NCBI GenBank assembly: GCA_025454275.1 | Contig: JALOOS010000002.1 | Location: forward strand, 1 to 38,924 | Direction: 5' to 3' | Length of the DNA: 38,924 nt | From: Desulfobacterales bacterium | GTDB taxonomy: Bacteria > Desulfobacterota > Desulfobacteria > Desulfobacterales > SpSt-501 | Translations under genes and position numbers: made by a program | In this document: positions 17,272 through 25,926 of the stretch, piece by piece | How the letters are laid out: the number at the start of each line of letters is the position of its first letter | How positions within the stretch are numbered: the first letter of the stretch is position 1 | Notes under the pieces: generated by a model | What the model was told of the DNA's origin: nothing | The model's input: only the letters and a program-made list of their open reading frames with translations | The model's database searches: none

Positions 17272-17484
17272 TCAATCGGAGGTCGGCGGCCGCTGCGACT
17301 GCCCTGACGCGCTTTCGTCGCCATCCGGCCGAAGGACGGACGGCGGGCGGCAGAGATTGCAGCGGTCGTCGCTGCAGCCGAGGCAGTCGAAGCAATCCCG
17401 GCAAGGGTGCTTTTGCGGATGGGCGCGGACGGTCGGCGGAACATACACCCGGCCCGTCACCCCGCATAGAGTGATGAAAGGCAT
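17272..17484 (-). CDS. Small Cys-rich hypothetical protein (70 aa), translationally linked to trxB
   Basis: The ATG at 17484 is 13 nt after the trxB TAG, with GAAGG overlapping or next to that stop. Motif C-x2-C-x2-C-x2-C-x4-C-x2-C (PCRDCFDCLGCSDDRCNLC). G/C third-position bias is consistent with coding. Confidence 0.4.
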   Translation of the reverse strand: MPFITLCGVTGRVYVPPTVRAHPQKHPCRDCFDCLGCSDDRCNLCRPPSVLRPDGDESASGQSQRPPTSD

Positions 17485-17496
17485 GGTCGGCGCCTT

Positions 17497-18462
17497 CTAT
17501 TTGGCAGCCGGCAACGCGCACTCAAGCGCGGCCTTGCGCGTCTCCACGTAGTGGGCGGCCGCCAGGGCGGCGGTGCAACCGTCTGCGGCCGACAGTACGA
17601 TCTGGCGGGCGTATTTCTCCCGCAAATCTCCGATCACGTACAGACCCGGAATGGTGGTGGCGCATTTTTCATCCGTGATGACATAGCCGTCGGCGTTGCG
17701 CCGGATCCCGGCCGGCACGAGGCGGTTGTTGGGAACAAACCCGATGAAGATGAAGAGGCCGTCGACGGGGAGCGCGGAGCTGTCACCGGTCACTGTGTTC
17801 CGCAGCGCCACGGCGTTGACCCCGTTCGCATCGGCCTGGATCGCGGTCACCACCGAATTCCACGCGAAGCGGATCCGGCACTCGGCCTTGGCCCGCTGCT
17901 GGAGAAGGGCGCCGGCCCGCAGTTGATCGCGGCGGTGAACGACGATCACCTCGCGGGCGAGCTTGGCGAGATAGAGCGCCTCCTCGATGGCCGAGTCCCC
18001 GCCGCCCACGACCGCGACGGCCTTGTTGCGGAAGAAAAACCCGTCGCAGACGGCACAATAGGAGACCCCGCGGCCGTAGAACTCCTTTTCCCCCGGCACC
18101 TCCAGTTTGCGCGGGCTGCCGCCGGTTGCCAGAATGACACTGTGGGCCTTAAGACAATCTCCACCGGCCAGGCGCACCGTGTGGCCGTCGAGGCCCGGCT
18201 CGATGACGGTCACCTCATCGGAGCGGATCTCCATGCCGTAGGAGCGGGCGTGGTTGAGCATTTTCAACGACAGCTCGGCTCCGCCGATGTGCTCGTCCCC
18301 CGGCCAGTTTTCGACGGCGTCCGACAGGTTCACCTGCCCCCCGGGCGCTCCCATCTCGACCAGCACGGTCTTGAGTGCGGCGCGCATGGCATAGATCCCG
18401 GCGGTCAGCCCGCCGGGTCCGCCGCCGATGATGATCAGATCGTAGAGGCCGGAGCAGTCCAT
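17497..18462 (-). CDS. trxB: Thioredoxin-disulfide reductase
   Basis: YDLIIIGGGPGG FAD motif, redox-active CAVCDG, second GGGDSA NADPH motif, C-terminal GDL...RQIVLSAADGCTAALAAAHY. ATG at 18462 with GGAG upstream. Confidence 0.9.
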   Translation of the reverse strand: MDCSGLYDLIIIGGGPGGLTAGIYAMRAALKTVLVEMGAPGGQVNLSDAVENWPGDEHIGGAELSLKMLNHARSYGMEIRSDEVTVIEPGLDGHTVRLAGGDCLKAHSVILATGGSPRKLEVPGEKEFYGRGVSYCAVCDGFFFRNKAVAVVGGGDSAIEEALYLAKLAREVIVVHRRDQLRAGALLQQRAKAECRIRFAWNSVVTAIQADANGVNAVALRNTVTGDSSALPVDGLFIFIGFVPNNRLVPAGIRRNADGYVITDEKCATTIPGLYVIGDLREKYARQIVLSAADGCTAALAAAHYVETRKAALECALPAAK

Positions 18463-18524
18463 GAGGTCTCCTTCTCTTGTTTCATCCCGCAGCCTGCATC
18501 CCGTATCCCGCATCCGGAATCAGC

Positions 18525-19370
18525 TCACCCCGCGGCGGCGGCCAGGCGGGCCGTGTACTCCTCGAAGGACTTCATCAGGGCGCGGGTCCCCGCCCCGGGA
18601 GATCCGGCGCCGATCACCTCCTCGTCCACCCGCACGACGGGCACGATCAGGCGGTTGGAGGAGGTGATGAAGACTTCATCGGCGGCAACCAGCTCCGCGC
18701 GGGAAATGTCGCGCTGGTGAACGGGAAAGCGCTCCTGCGCGAGAGCGATCACTTTTCCGCGGGTGATGCCGTGCAGGATGCCGCGGTCGGGGGTGACGAG
18801 CGCGCCGCTCTGAAACGTAAACACGTTGCTGGTGGTGCCCTCCCGGACCGATCCGGCCGGGTCCACGTAGAGGGCCTCGATGGCCCCCTTGCGGCGGGCC
18901 TCGGCGAGCACCAGGATCGCCCGGATGTAGTCGATGCTCTTGGCGCCGGGGATCGGGCGGCTGTAGGGCACTGTAATGACGCGGGCGCCCTCGGCATACC
19001 ACCCCGGCGGGTACGGACTGAGCGGGGAGACCATGATGGCGATCCGCGGCTTGCCTTGGGGGGTGATGAAGTCGGGGCTGGGGCCGCCGGTGACCAGGAC
19101 CCGCACGCTCGACTCCACCGGCGGGTTGTGCCGCAGCGTCTCCCGTACGAGGTCGGCGATCTCGGTTTCGGTCCATGGCAGTTCGATGCCGATCTCCCGC
19201 GCGGACCGAAACAACCGCTGGACGTGCTCCTTGATGAAGATCACCTTGCCGCGGTAGGTGCGCATGAAATCGAAGCATCCGTACCCTCTCAGCAGCCCCA
19301 GGTCATTGATCGGGAAAACCGCCTCCGCGTCGGGCACGAACTTTCCATCGACATAGTAGACATTGGCCAT
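18525..19370 (-). CDS. Class IV aminotransferase (branched-chain amino acid / D-amino acid aminotransferase family)
   Basis: MANVYYVDGKFVPDAEAVFPINDLGLLRGYGCFDFMRTYRGKVIFIKEHVQRL... plus EGTTSNVF and GITRG motifs typical of fold-type IV PLP enzymes. ATG at 19370. Confidence 0.8.
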   Translation of the reverse strand: MANVYYVDGKFVPDAEAVFPINDLGLLRGYGCFDFMRTYRGKVIFIKEHVQRLFRSAREIGIELPWTETEIADLVRETLRHNPPVESSVRVLVTGGPSPDFITPQGKPRIAIMVSPLSPYPPGWYAEGARVITVPYSRPIPGAKSIDYIRAILVLAEARRKGAIEALYVDPAGSVREGTTSNVFTFQSGALVTPDRGILHGITRGKVIALAQERFPVHQRDISRAELVAADEVFITSSNRLIVPVVRVDEEVIGAGSPGAGTRALMKSFEEYTARLAAAAG

Positions 19371-19608
19371 ACGGTGCGTTCGCCTCGCTTTCCTTCGAAT
19401 GTGAAGCGGAATTATATGACCTTCCCGGATAGCTGACAAGCCCGGAGTGCATCGGCGGCCGCCGGCGCGGTTCTGCCGCCGGCTCTAAAGGGTTCGGGCC
19501 AAAGAGCCGATACCACCTCCGGTACAGCGCCGCGGCGCCCGCCCGCCTTCCGCCTGTCCGGATGCGGTGCGGCCTATCTCTGTGGGGTCATAAGGAAAGA
19601 TCGCCAAA

Positions 19609-21516
19609 ATGCGAACCGATGCGCCTCTGTCCACCGGTCCCCGGTCCCCGGGCGGATCCCCTCCCGCGCTGCAGACCATCGTGGCATCACTGGTTGCCAC
19701 CGGCCGGGTGAGCCGCGAGCAGCTCGCCTACGCCCAGCGCGTGCAGGCCAAACTGGAAACGCCGCGCCCCACCCTGGAAGTGCTCAAGGACCTGAAGTTC
19801 GTTACCGACGAGCAGATCAAGGCCGCCGTTCGCGAAAACGCCGCCCCCGCTTGCCTGGGAAGTCTGCTGGCCGAGCTGGGCCGCATTCGCGCCGAGGATC
19901 TGAGCACCGCCCTCGCCATCCGGGCCGAGAGCGATCCGCCCCGGCGCATGGGGGAGATCCTGCTCGAGCGGCGGCTGATCGATGAGCGCGCCCTGCTCGA
20001 AGTGCTCTCGCAGCAGATGGGGTTTCCCTGCGTGGATCCGGATTTCACGGAGATCGACCCCCGGCTCTTTTTCAAGGCGCCCGCCGCCACCTACGAGGCC
20101 CATGGGTTCGTGCCGGTCCGCATGGAGGAGGGCAAACCCCTGATCGCGTTCGCCGATCCCCTGGAACCGGCCGACCTCGACGCCGCGCGCGAGACCTTCG
20201 GCCCGAACCTTACAGCCGCCATCGCCCGCAAGAGCGCCATCGTGCGGGCGATCAAGCGCGCCCAGCGCACGAAGCAGCGCGAACGCATCTCCGCCGCGGA
20301 CGAGGGGTCCATCATCGCCCTGGTCGACGGCATCATCCAGGCCGCGGTCGCGCGCCGGGCGAGCGACATCCATATCGAACCGTTCAAGGAGCACACCCGG
20401 ATCCGGTTCCGCCAGGACGGAGTGCTCGTTCACCACGATGAGTTTCCCGCCGCCCTGCACGGTGCCGTCACCAACCGCCTGAAGGTGATGTGCGATGTCG
20501 ACATCACCGAAAAACGGCGCCACCAGGGTGGCCGTTTCGTCGTCGATCAGGGGGAGCGCCGCCTCGACCTGCGCGCCTCCTTTTATGTAACGGTTCACGG
20601 CGAGAAGATCGTGCTGCGCCTGCTCAACCGCCAAAGCCAGCTGATCCGGCTCGAAGAGAGCGGCATGGCGCCCCGGATGGTGGAACGGTTCAAGGAGGAG
20701 GCCCTCTATCTGCCGAGCGGGATCATTCTCATCACCGGGCCGACCGGCTCGGGCAAGACCACCACGGTGTACGGCTGCATCAACCACATCAACGACCCCC
20801 AGACCGCCATCATCACCGCCGAGGAGCCGGTCGAATACGTCATCGAGGGCATCGCCCAGTGCTCGATCAATCCGCGGATCCAACTGACCTTCGAGGAAAC
20901 CCTGCGGCACATCGTGCGCCAGGACCCGGATGTGATCGTGATCGGTGAGATTCGCGACACCTTTTCAGCGGAGGTGGCGGTTCAGGCGGCCCTGACCGGC
21001 CACAAGGTGATCACGACGTTTCACACCGAGGACAGCATCGGCGGACTCCTGCGCCTGCTCAACATGAACATCGAAGCGTTTCTGATCGCATCGACCGTGG
21101 TGAGCATCATGGCCCAGCGGTTGCTGCGCCAGGTGTGCCCCGACTGCGCCGCCTCCTACCGCCCCACCCCGATCGACCTGCAGCGCCTCGGGTACGGACC
21201 CGGGGATGCCGAAGAGGCCCGTTTCACAAAGGGCCGGGGCTGTGCCCGCTGCCAGTACACGGGCTACCGCGGCCGGGTCGGCATCTTCGAACTCCTGCTT
21301 TTGAGCGAGGAGATCCGCAACGCCATCATTCAGCACCAGACCAGCCAGGAGATCCGCCGCATCAGCATCGAATCCTCCGGCCTCACCACCTTGCTGGAGG
21401 ACGGCCTCGTCAAGGCGGCGGCCGGGGTCACCACTATCGAGGAGCTGCTGCGCTGCCTGCCCCGGCTGCAGCGGCCCCGGCCGCTGCCGGAACTGCGCCG
21501 CCTGCTGGAGGTGTGA
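19609..21516 (+). CDS. GspE/PilB-family type II/IV secretion ATPase with N-terminal MshEN/T2SSE_N domain
   Basis: Walker A ITGPTGSGKTTT, Asp/His boxes (VIVIGEIRD, TGHKVITTFHT), and a C-terminal tetracysteine (CPDC...CARC). The N-terminus has LGSLLAELGRIRAEDLSTALAIR and RMGEILLERRLIDERALLEVLSQQMGFPCVD. Confidence 0.85.
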   Translation: MRTDAPLSTGPRSPGGSPPALQTIVASLVATGRVSREQLAYAQRVQAKLETPRPTLEVLKDLKFVTDEQIKAAVRENAAPACLGSLLAELGRIRAEDLSTALAIRAESDPPRRMGEILLERRLIDERALLEVLSQQMGFPCVDPDFTEIDPRLFFKAPAATYEAHGFVPVRMEEGKPLIAFADPLEPADLDAARETFGPNLTAAIARKSAIVRAIKRAQRTKQRERISAADEGSIIALVDGIIQAAVARRASDIHIEPFKEHTRIRFRQDGVLVHHDEFPAALHGAVTNRLKVMCDVDITEKRRHQGGRFVVDQGERRLDLRASFYVTVHGEKIVLRLLNRQSQLIRLEESGMAPRMVERFKEEALYLPSGIILITGPTGSGKTTTVYGCINHINDPQTAIITAEEPVEYVIEGIAQCSINPRIQLTFEETLRHIVRQDPDVIVIGEIRDTFSAEVAVQAALTGHKVITTFHTEDSIGGLLRLLNMNIEAFLIASTVVSIMAQRLLRQVCPDCAASYRPTPIDLQRLGYGPGDAEEARFTKGRGCARCQYTGYRGRVGIFELLLLSEEIRNAIIQHQTSQEIRRISIESSGLTTLLEDGLVKAAAGVTTIEELLRCLPRLQRPRPLPELRRLLEV

Positions 21517-21518
21517 GC

Positions 21519-22382
21519 ATGGCATCCCCCCCCTCCTTCATCGAGATCGTCGAACACCGGATTGCAACCAACTCCGTCCGGCTGCCGGTCTTCAACCTCA
21601 CCGCCGCGCGGGTGCAGCAGGAGGTCGGCCGCGAAGAGGTCAACCTCGCGCTGATCGAGCAGCTGATCGTGAGCGATCAGGCCCTGACCGCCGCGGTGCT
21701 GCGGTTTTCGAACTCGGCCTTCTACAAGGGGCTGACCCAGGTCGCCACGGTGCGCAACGCCATCATCCGCCTGGGGATCAACGAGGTGGCCAACATCGTC
21801 ATGGCGGTGACCCACGAAAACCAGTTTCGCTCGACCGATCCCTTCTTGAACGGGCTCATGCACAAGCTCTGGCGGCATGCCCTCGGCGCCGCCATGGCCG
21901 CCCACTGGCTGGCGCGGCACTGCGGGCTGCACGGGGTCGTCCATGAGGCCTTCTTTGCGGGGCTGTTGCACGACGTCGGCAAGCTCTTCATCCTGACGGT
22001 GATCGACGAGCTGCAACAGAACGGCGATCTGCCGGTGAAGCCCTCCGCGGCGCTGGTGCTGGAGGCCATGAAGGATCTGCACGCTACCCACGGGTACGCG
22101 CTCATGCAGCACTGGAACCTACCGGAGCGCTACAGCCGTGTCGTGCGCGACCACCATGCCGCCACGGCGGGGGGCGAGGACCCGCTCTTTCTGACCGTGC
22201 GCCTGGCGAACAAGGCGTGCCGGAAAATGGGGATCGGCGTGGTCCATGAGCCGGCGCTGGCGCTCGCGGCCACGGCCGAAGCCGGGGAGCTGCACCTGTC
22301 GGAGGTGGACGTCGCCAAGTTGGAGATCATGCTGGAGGATTCGCAGCCGTTCAACCGGAAAGAGGCCGAGGCGGTGAAATGA
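21519..22382 (+). CDS. HDOD domain signalling protein
   Basis: The ATG is 2 nt after the ATPase stop, with GGAG upstream. LPVFNLTAARVQQEV...LIEQLIVSDQALTAAVLRFSNSAFYKGL..VATVRNAIIRLGINEV...GLLHDVGKLFIL is the typical HDOD pattern. Confidence 0.8.
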   Translation: MASPPSFIEIVEHRIATNSVRLPVFNLTAARVQQEVGREEVNLALIEQLIVSDQALTAAVLRFSNSAFYKGLTQVATVRNAIIRLGINEVANIVMAVTHENQFRSTDPFLNGLMHKLWRHALGAAMAAHWLARHCGLHGVVHEAFFAGLLHDVGKLFILTVIDELQQNGDLPVKPSAALVLEAMKDLHATHGYALMQHWNLPERYSRVVRDHHAATAGGEDPLFLTVRLANKACRKMGIGVVHEPALALAATAEAGELHLSEVDVAKLEIMLEDSQPFNRKEAEAVK

Positions 22383-22412
22383 AAGCCCGATCCGAGTGCC
22401 ACCGCCTGCCGG

Positions 22413-23600
22413 GTGGGACCGGCCGACCCGCGCCGGTGCCGCATGCCTAGCCGTCCGGCCGCCTCCCGGGCCTGGGTGCTCTCCGAGTCGCTCCCGGCCA
22501 CGGTGGATCCCGGCTCCGTCGACCCCGAGGCCGACCGGGGCCCCGTCAGGGAGTGCCGGATTTCGGAGATCGGCCGCTACCTGCTTCACCCGGGCCCGGT
22601 CGAGATCCGCAAGCGGCTGGTGGGCTGCGAGGTTCACCGCGCCCAGCGCGGCCTGGTGCGCTGGCTGCGCCGGGTCGGGTCCGGGCTGCGCCGGCGGGCG
22701 CCGAAACGCCCCTCCGATGTGCTTCTCACCGGGTTCAAGCTCAAGGTGCCGGCCATGAACGACCCGGACCTGGAGGCCCACCTCCGGCGGCTGGCCGACG
22801 AGCTGCGCAGTTTCGATCCCTTCATCCCGAAGCTCGCGCGGATCCAGGCGGCCGGGCTCGCCCAGCTCGTTGGCATCTGCGAGGAGGTCGGCGGCGGGTA
22901 TTCCTACCTGAAACTGCAGGGAACGTTCGAGGAGAAGATTCGCTATCTCAGCGCCAACGTGGGTCGCGAGGTCCGAGTCACCCTGCACCGCGCCCAGGTC
23001 TCCGAGGGTCTTTTCGATCTGCGCGGCTTTCCCCCGGCGGCCTTTAACCCGGCCAACGCATTTCGGCTGTTGACCTACACCCGGGCCGGTGCCCCGGCCG
23101 CCTGCGTGCTGAACGCGAAGGGGAACCTGGATTTCCGCCTGGCCGACCCCCAGGTGGTATCTTACCTCAGCCTGTTCGAACACACCCTGGCGGTCAATCC
23201 CGACCTCCGGCATGCGTTTGAGGCCTGTTTTCTCGGAAGCGCCCGGCCGGTGCGTCTCTTCTTCAACCGCCAGCTGGAGGTGGATTACTCCAAGGCCAAC
23301 CTTCCGGAAATCTACCGCTCCCTGTTGCGGTCGACCGATCCGGGCGGCAGCCGCCACCTCATCAAACCGGTGTTGAACAGCATGCAGACGGCGGTCTCGT
23401 TGAGCTATCTGCCGGCGGCGGAAGGCGGGGAGGAGAAGCTCTTCACCCAGGTCTCCATCCTCCACGATCTGCGCGCGCTCGACTCCCTGAGGAAGAGCCT
23501 GCCCGCCGTGTATGCAGAGCTGAGCCGGAGAGCCTTCAGTTCGGACGCCGGCCGCTTCTACCTGCTCGATTCGATCACCGGAGCCACTCATGGCAGCTGA
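22413..23600 (+). CDS. Hypothetical protein with no recognisable domain, overlapping the LonB-type protease gene
   Basis: Long ORF with consistent G/C third-position bias. Its stop lies 11 nt inside the next gene. Start is uncertain: GTG 22413, ATG 22443 or ATG 22755. Confidence 0.55.
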   Translation: MGPADPRRCRMPSRPAASRAWVLSESLPATVDPGSVDPEADRGPVRECRISEIGRYLLHPGPVEIRKRLVGCEVHRAQRGLVRWLRRVGSGLRRRAPKRPSDVLLTGFKLKVPAMNDPDLEAHLRRLADELRSFDPFIPKLARIQAAGLAQLVGICEEVGGGYSYLKLQGTFEEKIRYLSANVGREVRVTLHRAQVSEGLFDLRGFPPAAFNPANAFRLLTYTRAGAPAACVLNAKGNLDFRLADPQVVSYLSLFEHTLAVNPDLRHAFEACFLGSARPVRLFFNRQLEVDYSKANLPEIYRSLLRSTDPGGSRHLIKPVLNSMQTAVSLSYLPAAEGGEEKLFTQVSILHDLRALDSLRKSLPAVYAELSRRAFSSDAGRFYLLDSITGATHGS

Positions 23601-25890
23601 CTACCGCGCCGGCGATTACGCCTGGATCCGCGAGCTGTTGGATTACCCGCGCACGCTCGAGGAGCGGTTGCGGTTTTTTGATGACACCGCGAGCATCGTC
23701 ATTCCGCCGGACCCGATCGAGCGGGTCATTTTCCAGGACCGGGCCAAGATGGCGATCCGCAAGATCGCCCAGAACCGGGGCCACATCCTGATGGTGGGGC
23801 GCCCCGGCACCGGGAAGTCGATGCTCGCGGAGATGTTCAAGGAGGTGCTCGACCGTTCGGTGGGAGACATCCTGCGGCCGCAGGAGCTGATCGTGGCCTT
23901 CCCCGGCAAGGACCGCAACCACGTGCGGATGGCCTACGAGGCGCCCGAAACCTTCGATCGGGTGATGGAGGCGCTGCGCACGGCGCTGGAGGCGGCCCAG
24001 AACAGCAGCGAGGAGTTCAGCCTGGAGCCGGAGATCCGTTCGGTGCGACGGCTCGGCTGGGGCCTGGCGGGGGCGGCGGTTCTGGCGGGGGCGGCGGGTC
24101 TCTTTTTCCCGCCGCTGCTCCTGGCGGCCGGTCTGGCCGGGATGGGGGCCATCTTCATGCGGATGCAGGAGAACAGCCACCGGGCGCAGGAGAAGATCCA
24201 GCGCGAATCCGGGCCGGGGATGCGCAACGACGTGAAGCACCTGCATGACCTGATGCCCGAGGTGCTCTTCGACCCGCGCCAGGAGCGTGAGCTCATGGCG
24301 CGGGTCTCCGAGCCGAGCGCCCGCAACATGAAGGGCGGCTTCCGCCACGACCCCTACCAGTCGGGGAACCTCCATACGCCGTGCCACAAACGGGCCTATC
24401 TCGGCGCGCACGCCACAGCCCCCGTCATTTACGTCGACGAATTGAAGACCCTGGTCAAGATGGGCTACATGGCGGAGCTGCTCGAGATCATGCAGAACAA
24501 GCGCTACATCCTCGAAGGGGGGAGAAACGGCGGCAGCGGCGCCGCCGACCGCTCGGAAAACCCCCTGCGGGCGGAGAACATCATCGTCGCCTGCTGCAAT
24601 CACGATACCCTCGCCTACCTCCAGCAGGAGGGCGACGGGGCCTTTCTGTCGCGCATCGAGGACAAGGGCGAGGTGATCGACATGGAGAGCGCCGTGCCCG
24701 AAACTCCGGAGACCATCCGGCAGGCGGCCCAGTACGTCAAGCAGGAGATCGTCAACCTGGGCCGCGAGTTCCGCCGCAACTGGGGAGCGGTGATCCGCCG
24801 CGAGGGCTACGAGAGCGTGCGGCGCCGCAGCGAGCACATTTTCGGCAAGCCCCTGCCGGCCGATTTCCGCCTCCAGGAGCGGGAGTTCTCCCGCAGCGCC
24901 GTGATGGAGATCGTCAAGGAGCTGCGCTGCCGCGCCGCGGACGGCAAGTTGAGCGGGATCCTGCGGCCGATCAACGGGATCGTGAAATCGGCCGAGTTCG
25001 CGGCCATCCTGGAGAACTCCCCGCAGGTGGAGCCGGTCCACGTGCGCCGCGCGATCGAGGAGCACCTGAGCCTGGAGGGCAGCCTCTCCCGGGAGATCGG
25101 CGAGCACAAGAAGTACCTCAAAAAGTACATCACTTCGATGACCGACTCCATCGGCTACGTCGTGGGGCTGGCCGTCGTGCACTCGCCCTCGAGCGGCCAG
25201 ATGGTCGGCCAGCCCCTGCCGATCCACTGCCAGATCACCGCGGGCAGCGCCGACAAGGTGGTCGCCCCCGGCAAGATGGGAGAGATCGCCAAGGCCGCGG
25301 CCCAGAACGTGCGGGCCTCGATCAAGAAAGTGCTGAAAGCCATCGGGGCCCCGGCCGTCGGCTACGAAATGCACGTGGAGTACATCCAGGCCCACGGCGG
25401 GGTGGAGGGGGACAGCGCCTCGGTGGCGATGGACATCGCCCTGATATCGGACTTCATTCAGCAGCCCGTCAACCAGCGTTTCGGCGTCACGGGCTCCCTC
25501 ACCGGCGACATCATCCTCGCCGTGGGCGGGGTGACCGAGAAGATCCGCTCGATCATGGACCCCGGCCTGGGCATGGAGGGGGCCTGCATCCCGTGGCTGA
25601 ACAAGCACGACGTCGAGCCGCTGCTGGTCAATGCGGAGGCCGAATACACCCAGCAGGGGGAGATCCCCGGCATCCGTATCTACCGGGCGCCGGGGCGGCG
25701 CGAACCCTTCGACATCTATTTCTGCAAGACCAAATACAACGTCTACAAGATCCTTATGGGACTTGACCGCGAAGCGGTCGAAACGCGCATGATCGAGCGC
25801 AGCCGCAAGGACCTCGAATTCCTCAACGCGGCGGCCGACGAGGCGGGCCACCTCCGATCCGGCCCGCCGTCGACCCCTCCCCCCCCCTGA
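23590..25890 (+). CDS. Archaeal-type (LonB-like) membrane-anchored ATP-dependent Lon protease
   Basis: Walker A GRPGTGKS, a hydrophobic hairpin LGWGLAGAAVLAGAAGLFFPPLLLAAGLAGMGAIFM, then HDPYQSG...VIYVDEL (Walker B). The S16 protease domain has GGVEGDSASVAM (Ser) and AVGGVTEKI (Lys). Confidence 0.8.
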   Translation: MAADYRAGDYAWIRELLDYPRTLEERLRFFDDTASIVIPPDPIERVIFQDRAKMAIRKIAQNRGHILMVGRPGTGKSMLAEMFKEVLDRSVGDILRPQELIVAFPGKDRNHVRMAYEAPETFDRVMEALRTALEAAQNSSEEFSLEPEIRSVRRLGWGLAGAAVLAGAAGLFFPPLLLAAGLAGMGAIFMRMQENSHRAQEKIQRESGPGMRNDVKHLHDLMPEVLFDPRQERELMARVSEPSARNMKGGFRHDPYQSGNLHTPCHKRAYLGAHATAPVIYVDELKTLVKMGYMAELLEIMQNKRYILEGGRNGGSGAADRSENPLRAENIIVACCNHDTLAYLQQEGDGAFLSRIEDKGEVIDMESAVPETPETIRQAAQYVKQEIVNLGREFRRNWGAVIRREGYESVRRRSEHIFGKPLPADFRLQEREFSRSAVMEIVKELRCRAADGKLSGILRPINGIVKSAEFAAILENSPQVEPVHVRRAIEEHLSLEGSLSREIGEHKKYLKKYITSMTDSIGYVVGLAVVHSPSSGQMVGQPLPIHCQITAGSADKVVAPGKMGEIAKAAAQNVRASIKKVLKAIGAPAVGYEMHVEYIQAHGGVEGDSASVAMDIALISDFIQQPVNQRFGVTGSLTGDIILAVGGVTEKIRSIMDPGLGMEGACIPWLNKHDVEPLLVNAEAEYTQQGEIPGIRIYRAPGRREPFDIYFCKTKYNVYKILMGLDREAVETRMIERSRKDLEFLNAAADEAGHLRSGPPSTPPPP

Positions 25891-25897
25891 GCGAGCT

Positions 25898-25913
25898 CTG
25901 TTTCCTGAAACAG
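25898..25913. terminator. Hairpin between convergent LonB-like and pepD genes (possible bidirectional terminator, no U-tract)
   Basis: CTGTTTC CT GAAACAG is a perfect inverted repeat in the 36-nt gap between the two stops. There is no flanking T-run, so it is not a canonical intrinsic terminator. Confidence 0.25.
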
Positions 25914-25926
25914 CCCCCTCCGCCGC

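Noticed and set aside
19682-19696. A sigma54-like TGGCAT-N6-TTGC motif near the start of the GspE/PilB-type gene.
   Set aside because: The spacing is one nt too long for the -24/-12 consensus, and the motif lies inside the coding region, about 70 nt after the start.
22380-22415. The HDOD gene and the following orphan ORF share one reading frame. They are separated only by a single TGA (22380-22382) and ten sense codons, which suggested a readthrough, Sec or split fusion protein.
   Set aside because: A shared frame happens by chance one time in three. The HDOD domain is already complete before the stop, and no SECIS-like hairpin is obvious. I treat them as separate genes unless orthologues show a fusion.
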